DNA of 62,987 nucleotides, the filler included, from Hyphochytrium catenoides (Eukaryota; Protista; Hyphochytriomycota), in the NCBI GenBank assembly GCA_900088475.1. It is 8 parts of 8 records of this genome, joined end to end, with 100 filler letters (N's around TTAATTAATTAA, not from the genome) between each part and the next. Parts side by side here need not be neighbours in the genome. Positions count along the whole stretch, not along the records: positions 35,857 to 43,284 come from FLMG01004204.1; positions 43,385 to 59,326 come from FLMG01002216.1; 6 more parts are not named here. One strand, written 5' to 3'. This document shows, piece by piece, positions 38,461 through 49,300 of the stretch. Each line of letters starts with the position of its first letter. Within the stretch, counting starts at the first letter, position 1. The position numbers and the translations under genes were made by a program. The notes under the pieces are model-generated. The model did no database searches, was not told where the DNA came from, and saw only the letters and a list, made by a program, of their open reading frames with translations.

Positions 38461-41400
38461 ATAGACGGTTGTAGGGGAGAACTGGAGGCACCAGCTGGTC
38501 AATAGCGAAAGTGGAGACAGCAAAGGCTGCCTCTCCCCGTGTGCCCTACCGGCACGCTGTCCCTCATGTTCCTGAAGAAGCTGCGTCCCCGCTATGCTGG
38601 GACTCTCAACTTTTATAATAATAGCCGATAAGGTGACCCTTCGACTAGCAACTAGGACGCCGAGGAGAAGGATCGCGCTAGGTTGGAGCAGTGGTAGTAT
38701 GAACCCGAGTTCATGGCTTCTTTGCGACCTTTCCCCCGGAATTCCGGCCGGTGTTCCTCGTCTCTGTCCGCAGAGTTCTATAAGAAGATCTATTCCGATA
38801 GCGGACGACATTTAGATGCCATGATGGTGACTTTAAGAAAGAAAGCAGGCAACAAGGAGCGGTAAGGTGGAGAATTTCCAGGATTATTATCCGCGAAGGG
38901 TCGTGCTAGCACTAGCTTTGTGTCGGTCTTCTCGTGGGAGAAGAAACAGCTGCTACGGGGTAATCTCGAAACTTCTGCCAGCACTGAGCCTTCGTTCAAT
39001 TTCTGTTGGCTACTACGTACGTATCAATCAAAAATTCAAAGTGAACAGAGTTTATAAGCCTTGCGACACTGCCATCTCCTCAGCCAGAGAGGGAAGGTGC
39101 CAAAGCTCAAAGACCACCCATGACGCGCCATGTAAAAACTTGGTGACACCCGATGTCCTCTCTCTTGCGCCATCAACGCCCTTAGAGCTTTGTGTCGCCA
39201 CAAGCCCAAGCAAGAAAGACGCAAGAAAAAAAGCGTGTACATACAGAAGTAGTTGAACAAACAAGCCACCTACTACCAGGCTGAACGCTACCAACGTCCA
39301 TTGCTACCGTTGCCAAGCACTCTCAGTATGATGAATACTATGGTTATTGTGTGATGGGAACAATGTCGTACAAAAACTCACCACCACTTGGCTAGTAGAG
39401 GCAAGGGAGGCAACTTGACGAAGAGGAAGAGGGCGGAGGAGTGATGAACCTGGCCATACTCAAAGACGGTTGAGTCATTCAAGGCCCGTCATGGTGGAAA
39501 GACCAAGGGACAAGCGGCAGGACCTATAGTATGTGAAGCAACAACCCACTAGCGAAAGGGTCTATCGAACTCGAGAGGAGAAGCGAGACTACCGTGCTCG
39601 TTCCCTGCGTGTTCCTAGAGCGATCGAACAGCCACGTGCATCGCTCGGCAAAACAGTATCGCGACAATATCTTGACGGCCATGGGGAATGGTGTCAGCCA
39701 CTGTAGGCTCTCAGTAGATGCGAAAGGTCCACGCTGCCTGGTCGGTTTATATTGTTGAAAGGGCCCAAGCTAGCAGGGAAAGCGACATTCTTAGGGTTGG
39801 TATAGATGTAAAACAGTAGTGCCACAGGACTACAGCGTCAAATGTAAGGGTAGGGAAGTTTTCAGAACTTCGTGATAATTGCTCGGGGCATCGACAGGGC
39901 TCTACAAAGCCTTGCAGGTGGATATTGTTTCCCCAAAGTTCCCATTATTTCTTTCGCGCTCTCAGGGTAGATCTACTGCATCTGCTCTTCCTGTAGGCCA
40001 GGCCCACTTGCCCCTAGGCCTCCTAGTACTATGAGTAGTAGACTCCATCCTACTTACTACCTGCGCTCCATCCTCGTCCGCGTCGCCGTTGTGTTCCCTT
40101 CGCCTCTTCCTCCTTCCCTTCAACCCTCGAGGTCTTCTCCCTGGTAACAAATGGAAGAAGCGGAGGGTACCGGGTACCGGGTAGTAGTTCTACCAGCCTC
40201 CTCGACCAATTGCTATTAATGTGGACTTACTAGTTCTACGGGGCTTCACTCTGCTGTCCAGCAGTCATCATTGCGTCATTGCTCTGCACATAGCGCCTGT
40301 CTCATCTATTAGAACACAGTCTGGTTGAGGAGTGAGGGCTTTCTATGCTGGCCCTCATCCCCTTTTGATTCCCGCATTGCAGCATTTCCGTCCAGGAGAA
40401 GAAGTTGGGTACCGTAGGAGTCAACAGGCTATACACTTGTTGGTCTCGGTTCTTGGTGGGAGGAGTACTATGTGGATCAAGCAGCAGCAGCATCCGTCCT
40501 TATATCATAATAACAAGTGCTGCCAGCAGAAGAGACCCTGATAGTATCATAAGTACTCCTCGAGCTCTTCATCCGCCTGCTTACAGAAGACCCACAGTGC
40601 CGTCGCCTTTTTCGCGTTTTCTTCTCTTCAGTTGTCATTCGTCAATTGGCTGACTGACATCATAGTGGGCACTGGATTCATTGCTATCGACAGGTTTCCC
40701 CGAAGGCGAAATGTGGAAGTACTGTCTCAAAAAAAGGAAGGAGCCTCTCAATCAGCTTCGGCGAAGGAGCGCGACATTGTGGCACTAGAGTCACTGCTGC
40801 TTCCAGTGGTTGGTCACCGTCTCCAAGTAGCCAATAAGATGTTCCGAGTCTCCCCGTGTCCAGTTTAGTGGTTGAGTCGCTAGCAATGTGAAATAGAACG
40901 TCACAGTGAACGATGAACTAGTCACGAGAACATATAGTGAGGATAGCAACACGAGCAAGTGAGACTTTGCTAAGCGCGACAACAGTTCTGTCCTCGATAA
41001 GAATGTGTTCTCCGGAGATGAGACAAGCGAGAGTGAGAGTCTCCTCTCATTATGTGTTTCCTTACATAAAGGTCTACCCTAGAAGATGCATCATGCTGTA
41101 GAGACAACTAAGCAAGACTAAAGAAGGAGGCTGAAGACAAGAGAGTTGAGAGGAGAGAAAACCTTCTCTTCTGAAAGCTCTATCACGCCATGACTGCTGA
41201 CTTGATACTTGCACCTCTTCTGCAAACCTAGGAAAGCTCTTCACAACTCCGTCTATTGTTCCTTAGAGCAAATCCTTGTGCGCTTGTGCCAAAGCAAGCT
41301 AAAGAGTTGAGGCAGCTCTTGCTAGGAACAACAGGATCCTGTACTGTTGCCTGTGCTACTATGCTTGGTTACGTGCCAAAGTCTTAGGTTTCCACGAAGT

Positions 41401-41890
41401 CCTAGCAGATGGGTAAGACCAAGACTCCGTAGATCAAAGGACACTCTTCACACTCCGTAAGGATATCGCTAGAGTTCTCTGATGTAACCTACCGGGATCT
41501 CCTTGTCCTTAACCATCTGTTACCGTATTACCGAGAAGAGGATGAGCAGCTGTATGCCCGATGATTCCAACAACAAGCATCCATCAGGCTCGTTTTCTGT
41601 TCAGTGCGTGGCCGAGCCGTGAAGCTCTCATTATCAACTACTAAGTCTCAAGGTGTGGCCACGCTTACTTCTCTATCATCATTAGCATTTCGTCCATGCG
41701 TCATGTCGATAGGGATTATCATCATCATACCATGTAACCTACGATAAATCGCCTTGTATTCCTTTAACATCCCGTCCTTCATAATTAGAACTACGCCGCC
41801 CGGCGGTTGGTCAAAGCTCATCGCAAAATAATCCTTTTTGCAAGATGATTAAGGCTTTCAGCATTGGGCAGAGAGAGGTGGCGTGGCGCG

Positions 41891-41958
41891 ACGATATCGC
41901 TGCAACCAGAATCTCATCGAAGGTACGATATCGCTGCAACCAGAATCTCATCGAAGGT
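41891..41958. repeat. Perfect 34-bp tandem duplication
   Basis: acgatatcgctgcaaccagaatctcatcgaaggt x2. Confidence 0.95.
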
Positions 41959-43284
41959 TGGCAGCAGCCTCAGTCCCCAATGTTATAGTATGCTAAACAT
42001 ATATTTGATTTTGCCATCTATCGCCGCACTGAATAATAAAAAGCTGGCAATGATAGTTGAAGAGGTGACTCTTCTGGCCATTGATGAAATGTAGTCTCAT
42101 CGCCGCGATAGACAACATTTATTTAACAAGGGCACATCGGAGCGCGGAGAGATCTAAGCCACCACTGGTGAATATGCAGGCTTTCCCTTTTCATTGTAAG
42201 GATATATCATCATGATGGCTGTAAAGAATAGCTAGTAGTATTGTTCCTTTGCTATGTGTTTGCCACCAGAAGAAGCGAAGCCCGCAGTTCAACTATGCAA
42301 CATATTGATGGTCGGATTGTTGCTCGTCAATTGGCAAGTAGTAGGACTGGAGAAGAGGAAGGAAATAATAAGCGCTAGCCTTTTGCTTCTTGGCGCGCCC
42401 GTTTCTGCATCATCTTCTACTCTTCTACGTCTGCTGCTGAAGGATCACTATAGAGGCCAGTTCGCAGGGTCCATGAAGAAGCACAGCTACGACGACGATG
42501 ACTTCACTCAGTGGCCGCTGGTGGCGCAAGAAGAGAAAGAAGAGGACGAGGCACTGTTTTTCAACCACCCAGGAACTAGCTTCCTACGTAGTAATAAGCA
42601 GCAGGTCTGGCGGATGAGATCTGAATAACTTACGGAAGTTAGTGGGAATCATTGATGCGCACAATACAGAGAACGAGAAAAGCCAGCAATAACAGAGGAC
42701 GACGTCGACGACGGAGCGATTATTGGAGGGGAGGCGCATGATGGGCGATGAGGATGATGATGATGAGAGATGACAGCAATGATTCTTCTTGAAATCGACG
42801 ACGACTGAGCGATTCCCATCGACGGAGGAGGAGGTCGAGCACCGAGGACGACGAGAAGCAAGGGACAGCACTTCTTCTCAGCCTCAACAGCAGCAGCAGC
42901 ATCGATGTCTTCTCCTCAGCTCATCCTCTCGAGCCAGCCAGCCACCACCAAGAAGAAGCGCCACTCTATCTTGATATCTTCTATCATCTTCCCTATGACA
43001 ACAACTACTGTTTCTAAGTTCTGGCCTGCGTGTTGTCTCATGAAGTACGGTACCAGTAAAGATCTTTGGTGACCTGATATTGACGTAGTTTGATCATTGG
43101 AAGGACTCTACGATAGCTTTGAGGTTCATGAAGAAACCTTGTAGATGTATCAGCTCATAAAACTCTAGGTCCTGAAGAGTTCTTTTGACATATTGCGCCC
43201 TAAGAATACCGCATTTTGGACTGGAGGGGTGGCGGGAAGGGAGAAACTGAAATTGTTCGCGCGAACTCCTGACCGGAGATCTGC

Positions 43285-43384
43285 NNNNNNNNNNNNNNNN
43301 NNNNNNNNNNNNNNNNNNNNNNNNNNNNTTAATTAATTAANNNNNNNNNNNNNNNNNNNNNNNNNNNNNNNNNNNNNNNNNNNN
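43285..43384. other. Artificial contig linker
   Basis: Same pattern. Confidence 0.98.
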
Positions 43385-43839
43385 GATGTCTGTCCCTATC
43401 TCGCCTTCATCGATCGTCTCCCCGATTGTCTCCCTTCCTTATCATTGCCCTCAACGGGGTGGAGGTTATGTAGCTCTTTTCCTCTTCTTTCTAGGACGCT
43501 ATTCCCTTCTTCTCTACTACCTTTCTGCCTAACTCTTAGACGTTCTCAACCTCTGGCTGCTTGTCCTTCCATGTCCACTGTCTTCTCTTGTTGTCCTTTG
43601 TCCGCGACAGGGGATGAGTCAGTGCCACGCCCGTAAGGACGAGGGAGACAAGTCTCTCTTCTCTTCTAGTGCCTGAGAAGGCAACTTTTTCTTTAAAAGA
43701 CGAGAACTGGAGGCCTGGGAAAGGGGAGAGGAACGACACATCATGGCTTAGCTCTGTCCTTCCTCTGTCCTAAGACTTCCAACCTTCAGCTTCAGCGCCG
43801 ACGGAGAGCGGGAGCTGTGCCTCCCGCGTGCTCTGGGTC

Positions 43840-46231
43840 ATGACAGGCACTAGCTCCAATGTCGTGGGATTAGTCTTGGTGAGACTCTAGTAGAGACTCC
43901 ACAGTCGTCTTGGGTACTCCTGCTTCTGTTTCCTCCTCTTTCCCCAGAGATGATGGCGCCCCGCGGTGCGCTTGATCTTCTCATTTGACTTAGGATGATC
44001 TTCTCTATTTCTGTCGGCTTCCGATGCCTATGTAACACCCTCCGTCTAACCTCACTCCCCCGGCGCTTAACCTCTCTCCTCCGGCGCTTAACCTCTCTCC
44101 TGTCCTGTCCCCATCCCTCTCAGGCCATAGTTGGGGCCATAGCCTCCAACTTCGGCGTGAATGTGCAGAAAAAGTCTCATAGCTCGAACGCTGAGCGGCC
44201 AGCGGACGAGCAACGAGTCTATTGGCGCCGTTGGTCCTGGTGGGGTGGCTTCTCCCTTGTCGTTGTGGGCGCTGTGGGCGACTTCCTGGCGCTCGGGTTT
44301 GCAAGCCAGAGTCTCGTGGCTGCCGTTGGGGGTAAGCTACATATCTAACAACTCACAATAGGTCACCTCTGCTCTGTGCCATCCTCTGCTGATGTGACCA
44401 TCAAAGGCTACAAGGGCTCTGCGCTACGTGTTCGCCCTCTTCCCTACCGCTTACCGCTATGATATACTTTCCGTTCGGCCGGTGTTAAGGGCTTAGCCCC
44501 CTCTATCAGCGCGAGCTCATCCTCTCCAGACGAATGATCTGTCGCGAGCTTTATTGCCTCTGCTCCTCCAGCAGCCGTTTTCCGCAACGGCGTCTTGACT
44601 CCAGGGCTTTCGTGGCTTCTTCCATATTTGATGTCAATCGCTCTGTTCCTTTCTTACATCTCGCTTCCTCGCCTGGGCGGACCTCCGGGAGCTTCGACCT
44701 CCCCAGCCGTTTGCCTCGTTGTCTCACCAGCGCCTTCGTCTTTAGGTGGCACTACTCTACTGGCGAATGTCCTGATCGGTCACTTTTTCAACAAGGAGAA
44801 GCTCCTTCGGAGCGACATCCTCGGCATTGCGGCCATCACCGCGTGCGTCATTATCACCGCAGCTATCGCTCCTCCTTCCAAGGACTATGACCTCTTCACC
44901 CTAAAGAGGCTGTTCCGACATCCTGCCTTTATCATCTACGTTGTCCTGCAGGGAGTGGTGCTACTCATCCTACTGATGATTGTGACAGGATGGACCGTGT
45001 ATGACTTCTTTCTCTCGCTCTGCAGTAAGTACGCTCTCCACTCCTGGCAATGATGGCCGAGTAGGTTTTTAGCGTCAAGGGAAGCGTGAGGCGACGAAAA
45101 GGAAGAAGCACCTTCGAACACATGGGCTAACCCCTTCATCCAACCTCCCACTCCTGCTTCGTTCAGGAAAGCTTGGGATTATCGCCAAGTCTAATGCTAA
45201 ACCAAGGGCAGCAGGAAAGAACAGCCACTCGCAAGATAAACCTAAGGACTCAGAGCTCTCAGAGGCGGGACTTAGCAAGCGAAAGGTTGACCACCTGCCC
45301 CCAAGCGGCAACCTTCGTCTGCCGACCGGACGCGAAAGAGCGAGCGAAAGACTGATGATGACAGATCCCGACACAGACGGGATACCATACTATTACGCTA
45401 TGTTCTCTGGCATGTTTGGTGCCATGTCCGTACAGCTAGGCGGCTGCACTGCTAAGGTCTTTCTCACGACGCTGTCCGGAGTGAATCAATTCATTTACTT
45501 TGAGACGTACCTCTTCCTTCTGGGCATGATCTTCACTATGGCAGTGCAGACACACTTCCTGAACAAAGCGCTAGAGCTAGGAGATGTGATGAGCGTCTTC
45601 CCCGTGTTCCAGGTAAGAAATTCTTCAAGAAGAGCCTTTCAAGCGCTCTCATGGAAGAGATTTGAAAGGATCTGCCTCATTCTATCTCAGTATAGACTCC
45701 TGCCTGACTATCCTGGCCATCCTATGATTCATTGTCCTCAGCATGTAATCCTCTTTCTTGACCTTTGCCCTATCTTGTGACTCTTTGGGTCTGCCCTCTC
45801 CTTTGTCTGGAGGGTTGCAACCGATCAGTCTTACGGGGACCCTATTCCGCCTCTTTCACTGTCTTCAAGATATTCTGGATTGGATTCTCTGTCGTCGGCG
45901 GCATCGTGTTCTATGAGGAACTGGAAAGCTTCACTGTCGTTCAGTGGGTGCTTTATCCCATTGCACTACTGCTAGGAGGACTGGGTAAGAGCTTCAATAG
46001 CACATATAGAACTGAGGAGACAAAGAAAAGAGTGATAAAAGAGAGAAGAGACACAGAGAGTGCCTGTCACAAGACGTTTGCGTCTAAGACTTGGGACTGA
46101 CTCTGTGTCTTCGACTAGGAATATATCTTCTCACTGCGCATGGCAATATACGAACCCCGGTCGTGCCACCCTCAGGAGACGATGAGCATATAGACGCAGA
46201 AGAGTCAGGACAGGACTATAAGCTGATGTAA
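43840..46231 (+). CDS. NIPA-type (DMT superfamily) Mg2+ transporter-like membrane protein, ~6 exons
   Basis: MTGTSSNVVGLVL|AIVGAIASNFGVNVQKK...WWGGF...GDFLALGFASQSLVAAVG|GGTTLLANV...QTHFLNKALE...VFPVFQ|IFWIGFSVVGGIVFYEE...GIYLL...DYKLM*. Confidence 0.88.
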
Positions 46232-46341
46232 CAAAGAGAAATAGCCTCTCCAGGCTCTATCATGTTACGTCAAAAGTCATGTCTTCTTCATTTGGGAAAG
46301 GACCTACGAGTTTCTACATCGCTGCCCTTCATCCTAGTTCT

Positions 46342-49300
46342 CTATATCTCTAGTTCGTCCACCTGAGTGAAGTAGGATGAAGACGCGTCACTAGGTCTCA
46401 CAAGGTCTATCTCTTCCTCGTCTGAGCCTGAGGACACCCGAGGAATAATCTCGTCAAAATCCACAACAGCGATGTCTTGGACCTTTTCTATGGCTTCTCC
46501 ACACGCTATCATGGCCTGCCCACCATAGAAGGCAACGTCTGGGTCTGGGTCTTTCGTTAGGTGATGCAGCGCTTCTTCTAACTCCTTAAGCTGCTCAGAT
46601 GAGCCGGTTGAAAGGAAGCAGGACAATAATGGTGAGGAGCAACGAAGAGATTGGTTGCGGAGGGCGGATGGATAGTCGATTTCGAGCAGTCTTGCGGACA
46701 GACCACCAATGTGAACGTATTGCCTGGAATTAGAACAAAGGAGAGAAAGAGCTCGAGCACGCAGCAGGTAGTATTGGAAGGCAGGAAGCAAGAGAGAGGC
46801 TTCAGAAGAAAGAAGACGTAACAGGCACCTCACCTCTGCATAACCGCCTAAGAAAGGACCCAGGACGGTAAGCTCTCTTGCAAGGACAAGGCGGACATTC
46901 ACGACCGCATCCTACAGCACCAGTGTTCAGATATACATGCTATGAACACAGGAGCTTGCTAACAGTGACTCTGTGGTGACTGCATTCCTACTCATTGCCC
47001 ATCGGTCTGTCCTACTTGGCCGACTCTTCCCTAGTCAATGAGCCTTGCAAGTCTCTTACCCGGCTTAGTGGCAAAATGTGCGCCCTTACAAAGTCCTTGA
47101 GTCCCGCAGCTGCCGAATACTTCGCAAGGGTTTCCTACAAGGGAGCATTTATAAGAGGAAGAACCGTAACTTTTAACGCAGTGGCTGCCAAATATGTACC
47201 TTAGTCTGTACTATGCCAAGAATGCGAAGCTTGTGATTCCTGTCCTTCAGCAAACTCTCTACGTGTGGAAGCACAAAAGGCGACCACTCCGCAAAGTCAG
47301 AGCCTTCCATGAGCCTAAGGCAGAGAAAGAAACAATATAATTTTAGTATGTCGGCAAGCTGAGGTAAGGTCCATAACTGCATGGAGAACAAAGCGGAGAA
47401 AGAAGGGGTGCCAGCGGACAACGGCCGACGCATGCATCTAAACAGAAGATATGCATTTAGGTCCGATATAAAGACGAAGCAGATAGATTTCAAACATCAC
47501 TCTTACACTTTGAAAATGGAGAACACGCCTTGCCGCACTTCGTGGACAGAGTCGTGCAGCAGCGAGTGAATGATGGGCCTAACGTGCAGCTCAAATGCAG
47601 ACGTCCCTAGCCACTTTAGCAACGGAGGAATGGCCTATATCCATAGAAGCGTGAGTCAGAAGCTGCCACAATTACCATCCTCCATCCCATGGTGAAGGCG
47701 CCTTCACTGCCTTCACAATTACCTCTACTAATGCCAATCTTGCCCTCCAATCTTCCTGGGCCCCAAGCTTCATCAGCGCGGGAAGAACTACCTCTGTAAA
47801 GGCATCCTTCTGGATCTCCTACAGTGAAAGACTGCGGTAAGCATGGTCTTGAGAGAGGCGGAGACAGGAGGGCTTCCTGACATGTCACTAACAGCTTAAG
47901 AAGAGATGACTAACGAGTGAATCAGGAACTGAGACAGCACGTTATTTCGGAGAGGCAATTGAAACGGAGACAAGTGAAGAGGGACTGAGGGCTTAAGGTT
48001 CGTTCTCTCGTACAAATCCAATAAGATCCAAATCGTCCGCAACCCGAATGGCGACTTTGGCGTTACTGTTCTCCAACATTTGTACCACGACCGGGACCAA
48101 GTGCTTGATGGAATCCTCCTTGCCTAAGAAAGCCGCCAAACTGCAGATTGTGGCCGCCAGAGACTAAGGAGAGCCGAGCACGACGAGATTATATGAGCGC
48201 GGGGTGAGATTGAAAATTAGGTAACACACAGGGAAGGGTAACTCGAAAGGAGTAAGCGTTCGCACAGAAAGTGTGGACTTTGAGTGGTTGGTACAGGCCC
48301 AGAAGCAGTGCCTTTACCAGCTGAGGTTGTTCCCTTTTGTCATCCAGTGCACCCTCAGCGACTGTAGGAAGTACAAGCTGACAAAAGTACTGAGAACCAA
48401 AAATTTGTGCCACAGAGATGACTATTCGCGCCGCTGCCGCTCGGGTCTCTGCGATGGAGTCCTAGACAAAGAGGGAGGCAGCAGATCGGAGAAGCCAGAT
48501 AAAAAAGGAGCCAAGAACGATCAAGTAAGCGTCTTTCCTAACTCCCATGTCAAGTGCACCACCGTGATCCGTACAATGACGATTACTCTCACCGCCGTAT
48601 CGTGGTGCGAGAGCTAACTCCCTTCTACCTCTGGTTCCTGCTAACTGCCATCATGGGTAAAGAGCCTCCTTACCTCTTTAAGTTGCCTGCAGTATAATGC
48701 ACATAATCTTTCTATCAATTCTTGGGCTTCGTAGGCCTTCTCCACGTCTGTTAGATCAAAATTCGCGTCGAAGTAGTCTGGAGATCCTGGTCCACCGTCA
48801 GACCCGCCGTTGCTTACGCTTGCTGACCTTTCCTTTGCGTCTGCCTCCTGGACTAGTGCCTGTGATGGGCGATACATAGGTACGCATAAGACATGCAGCA
48901 TGTCAGATATTCCCGACGGAATATTGTCAAGAGTAAAAGGGGAGTGCCGGTCAAGAGTTTAGCGAAGAATGACTAGAATGGACAGTGATGAAAGCGTAGA
49001 AAGCTGAGACGAAGTTGATAGTATCGACAGAGCGCTAGATGAACGATTTAATAGAAGACCCGGTAATGGAGAAGGCAGGTGAACCCCAGGTTTGAGGAGT
49101 GAGAAGGGTCCACACCTGTACATTTATCTCGTGGCAGAATCGCGTGAAATTATCGCATACAGCCCGTCGTACTTGCCAGTTTCTACCACAGAGTGGAAGC
49201 AGTGCGGTCCAAAAGAGCAAAGTGAGACTCGCTTGGAATGTCCCCATCAGGCAACTTCCCTCCTTACCTATCATCGGAGAATGCAACTAAAAGATCTATA

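Noticed and set aside
22710-46231. Two Mg2+ transporter families (MRS2/CorA and NIPA) as a magnesium cluster
   Set aside because: They lie on different contigs separated by linkers, so there is no evidence of linkage.
48285-48330. Possible third GC donor (AAG|GCACTG) in the HEAT gene
   Set aside because: A canonical in-frame GT donor (CTG|GTAAAG) lies 6 nt upstream, so a GC donor is not required.
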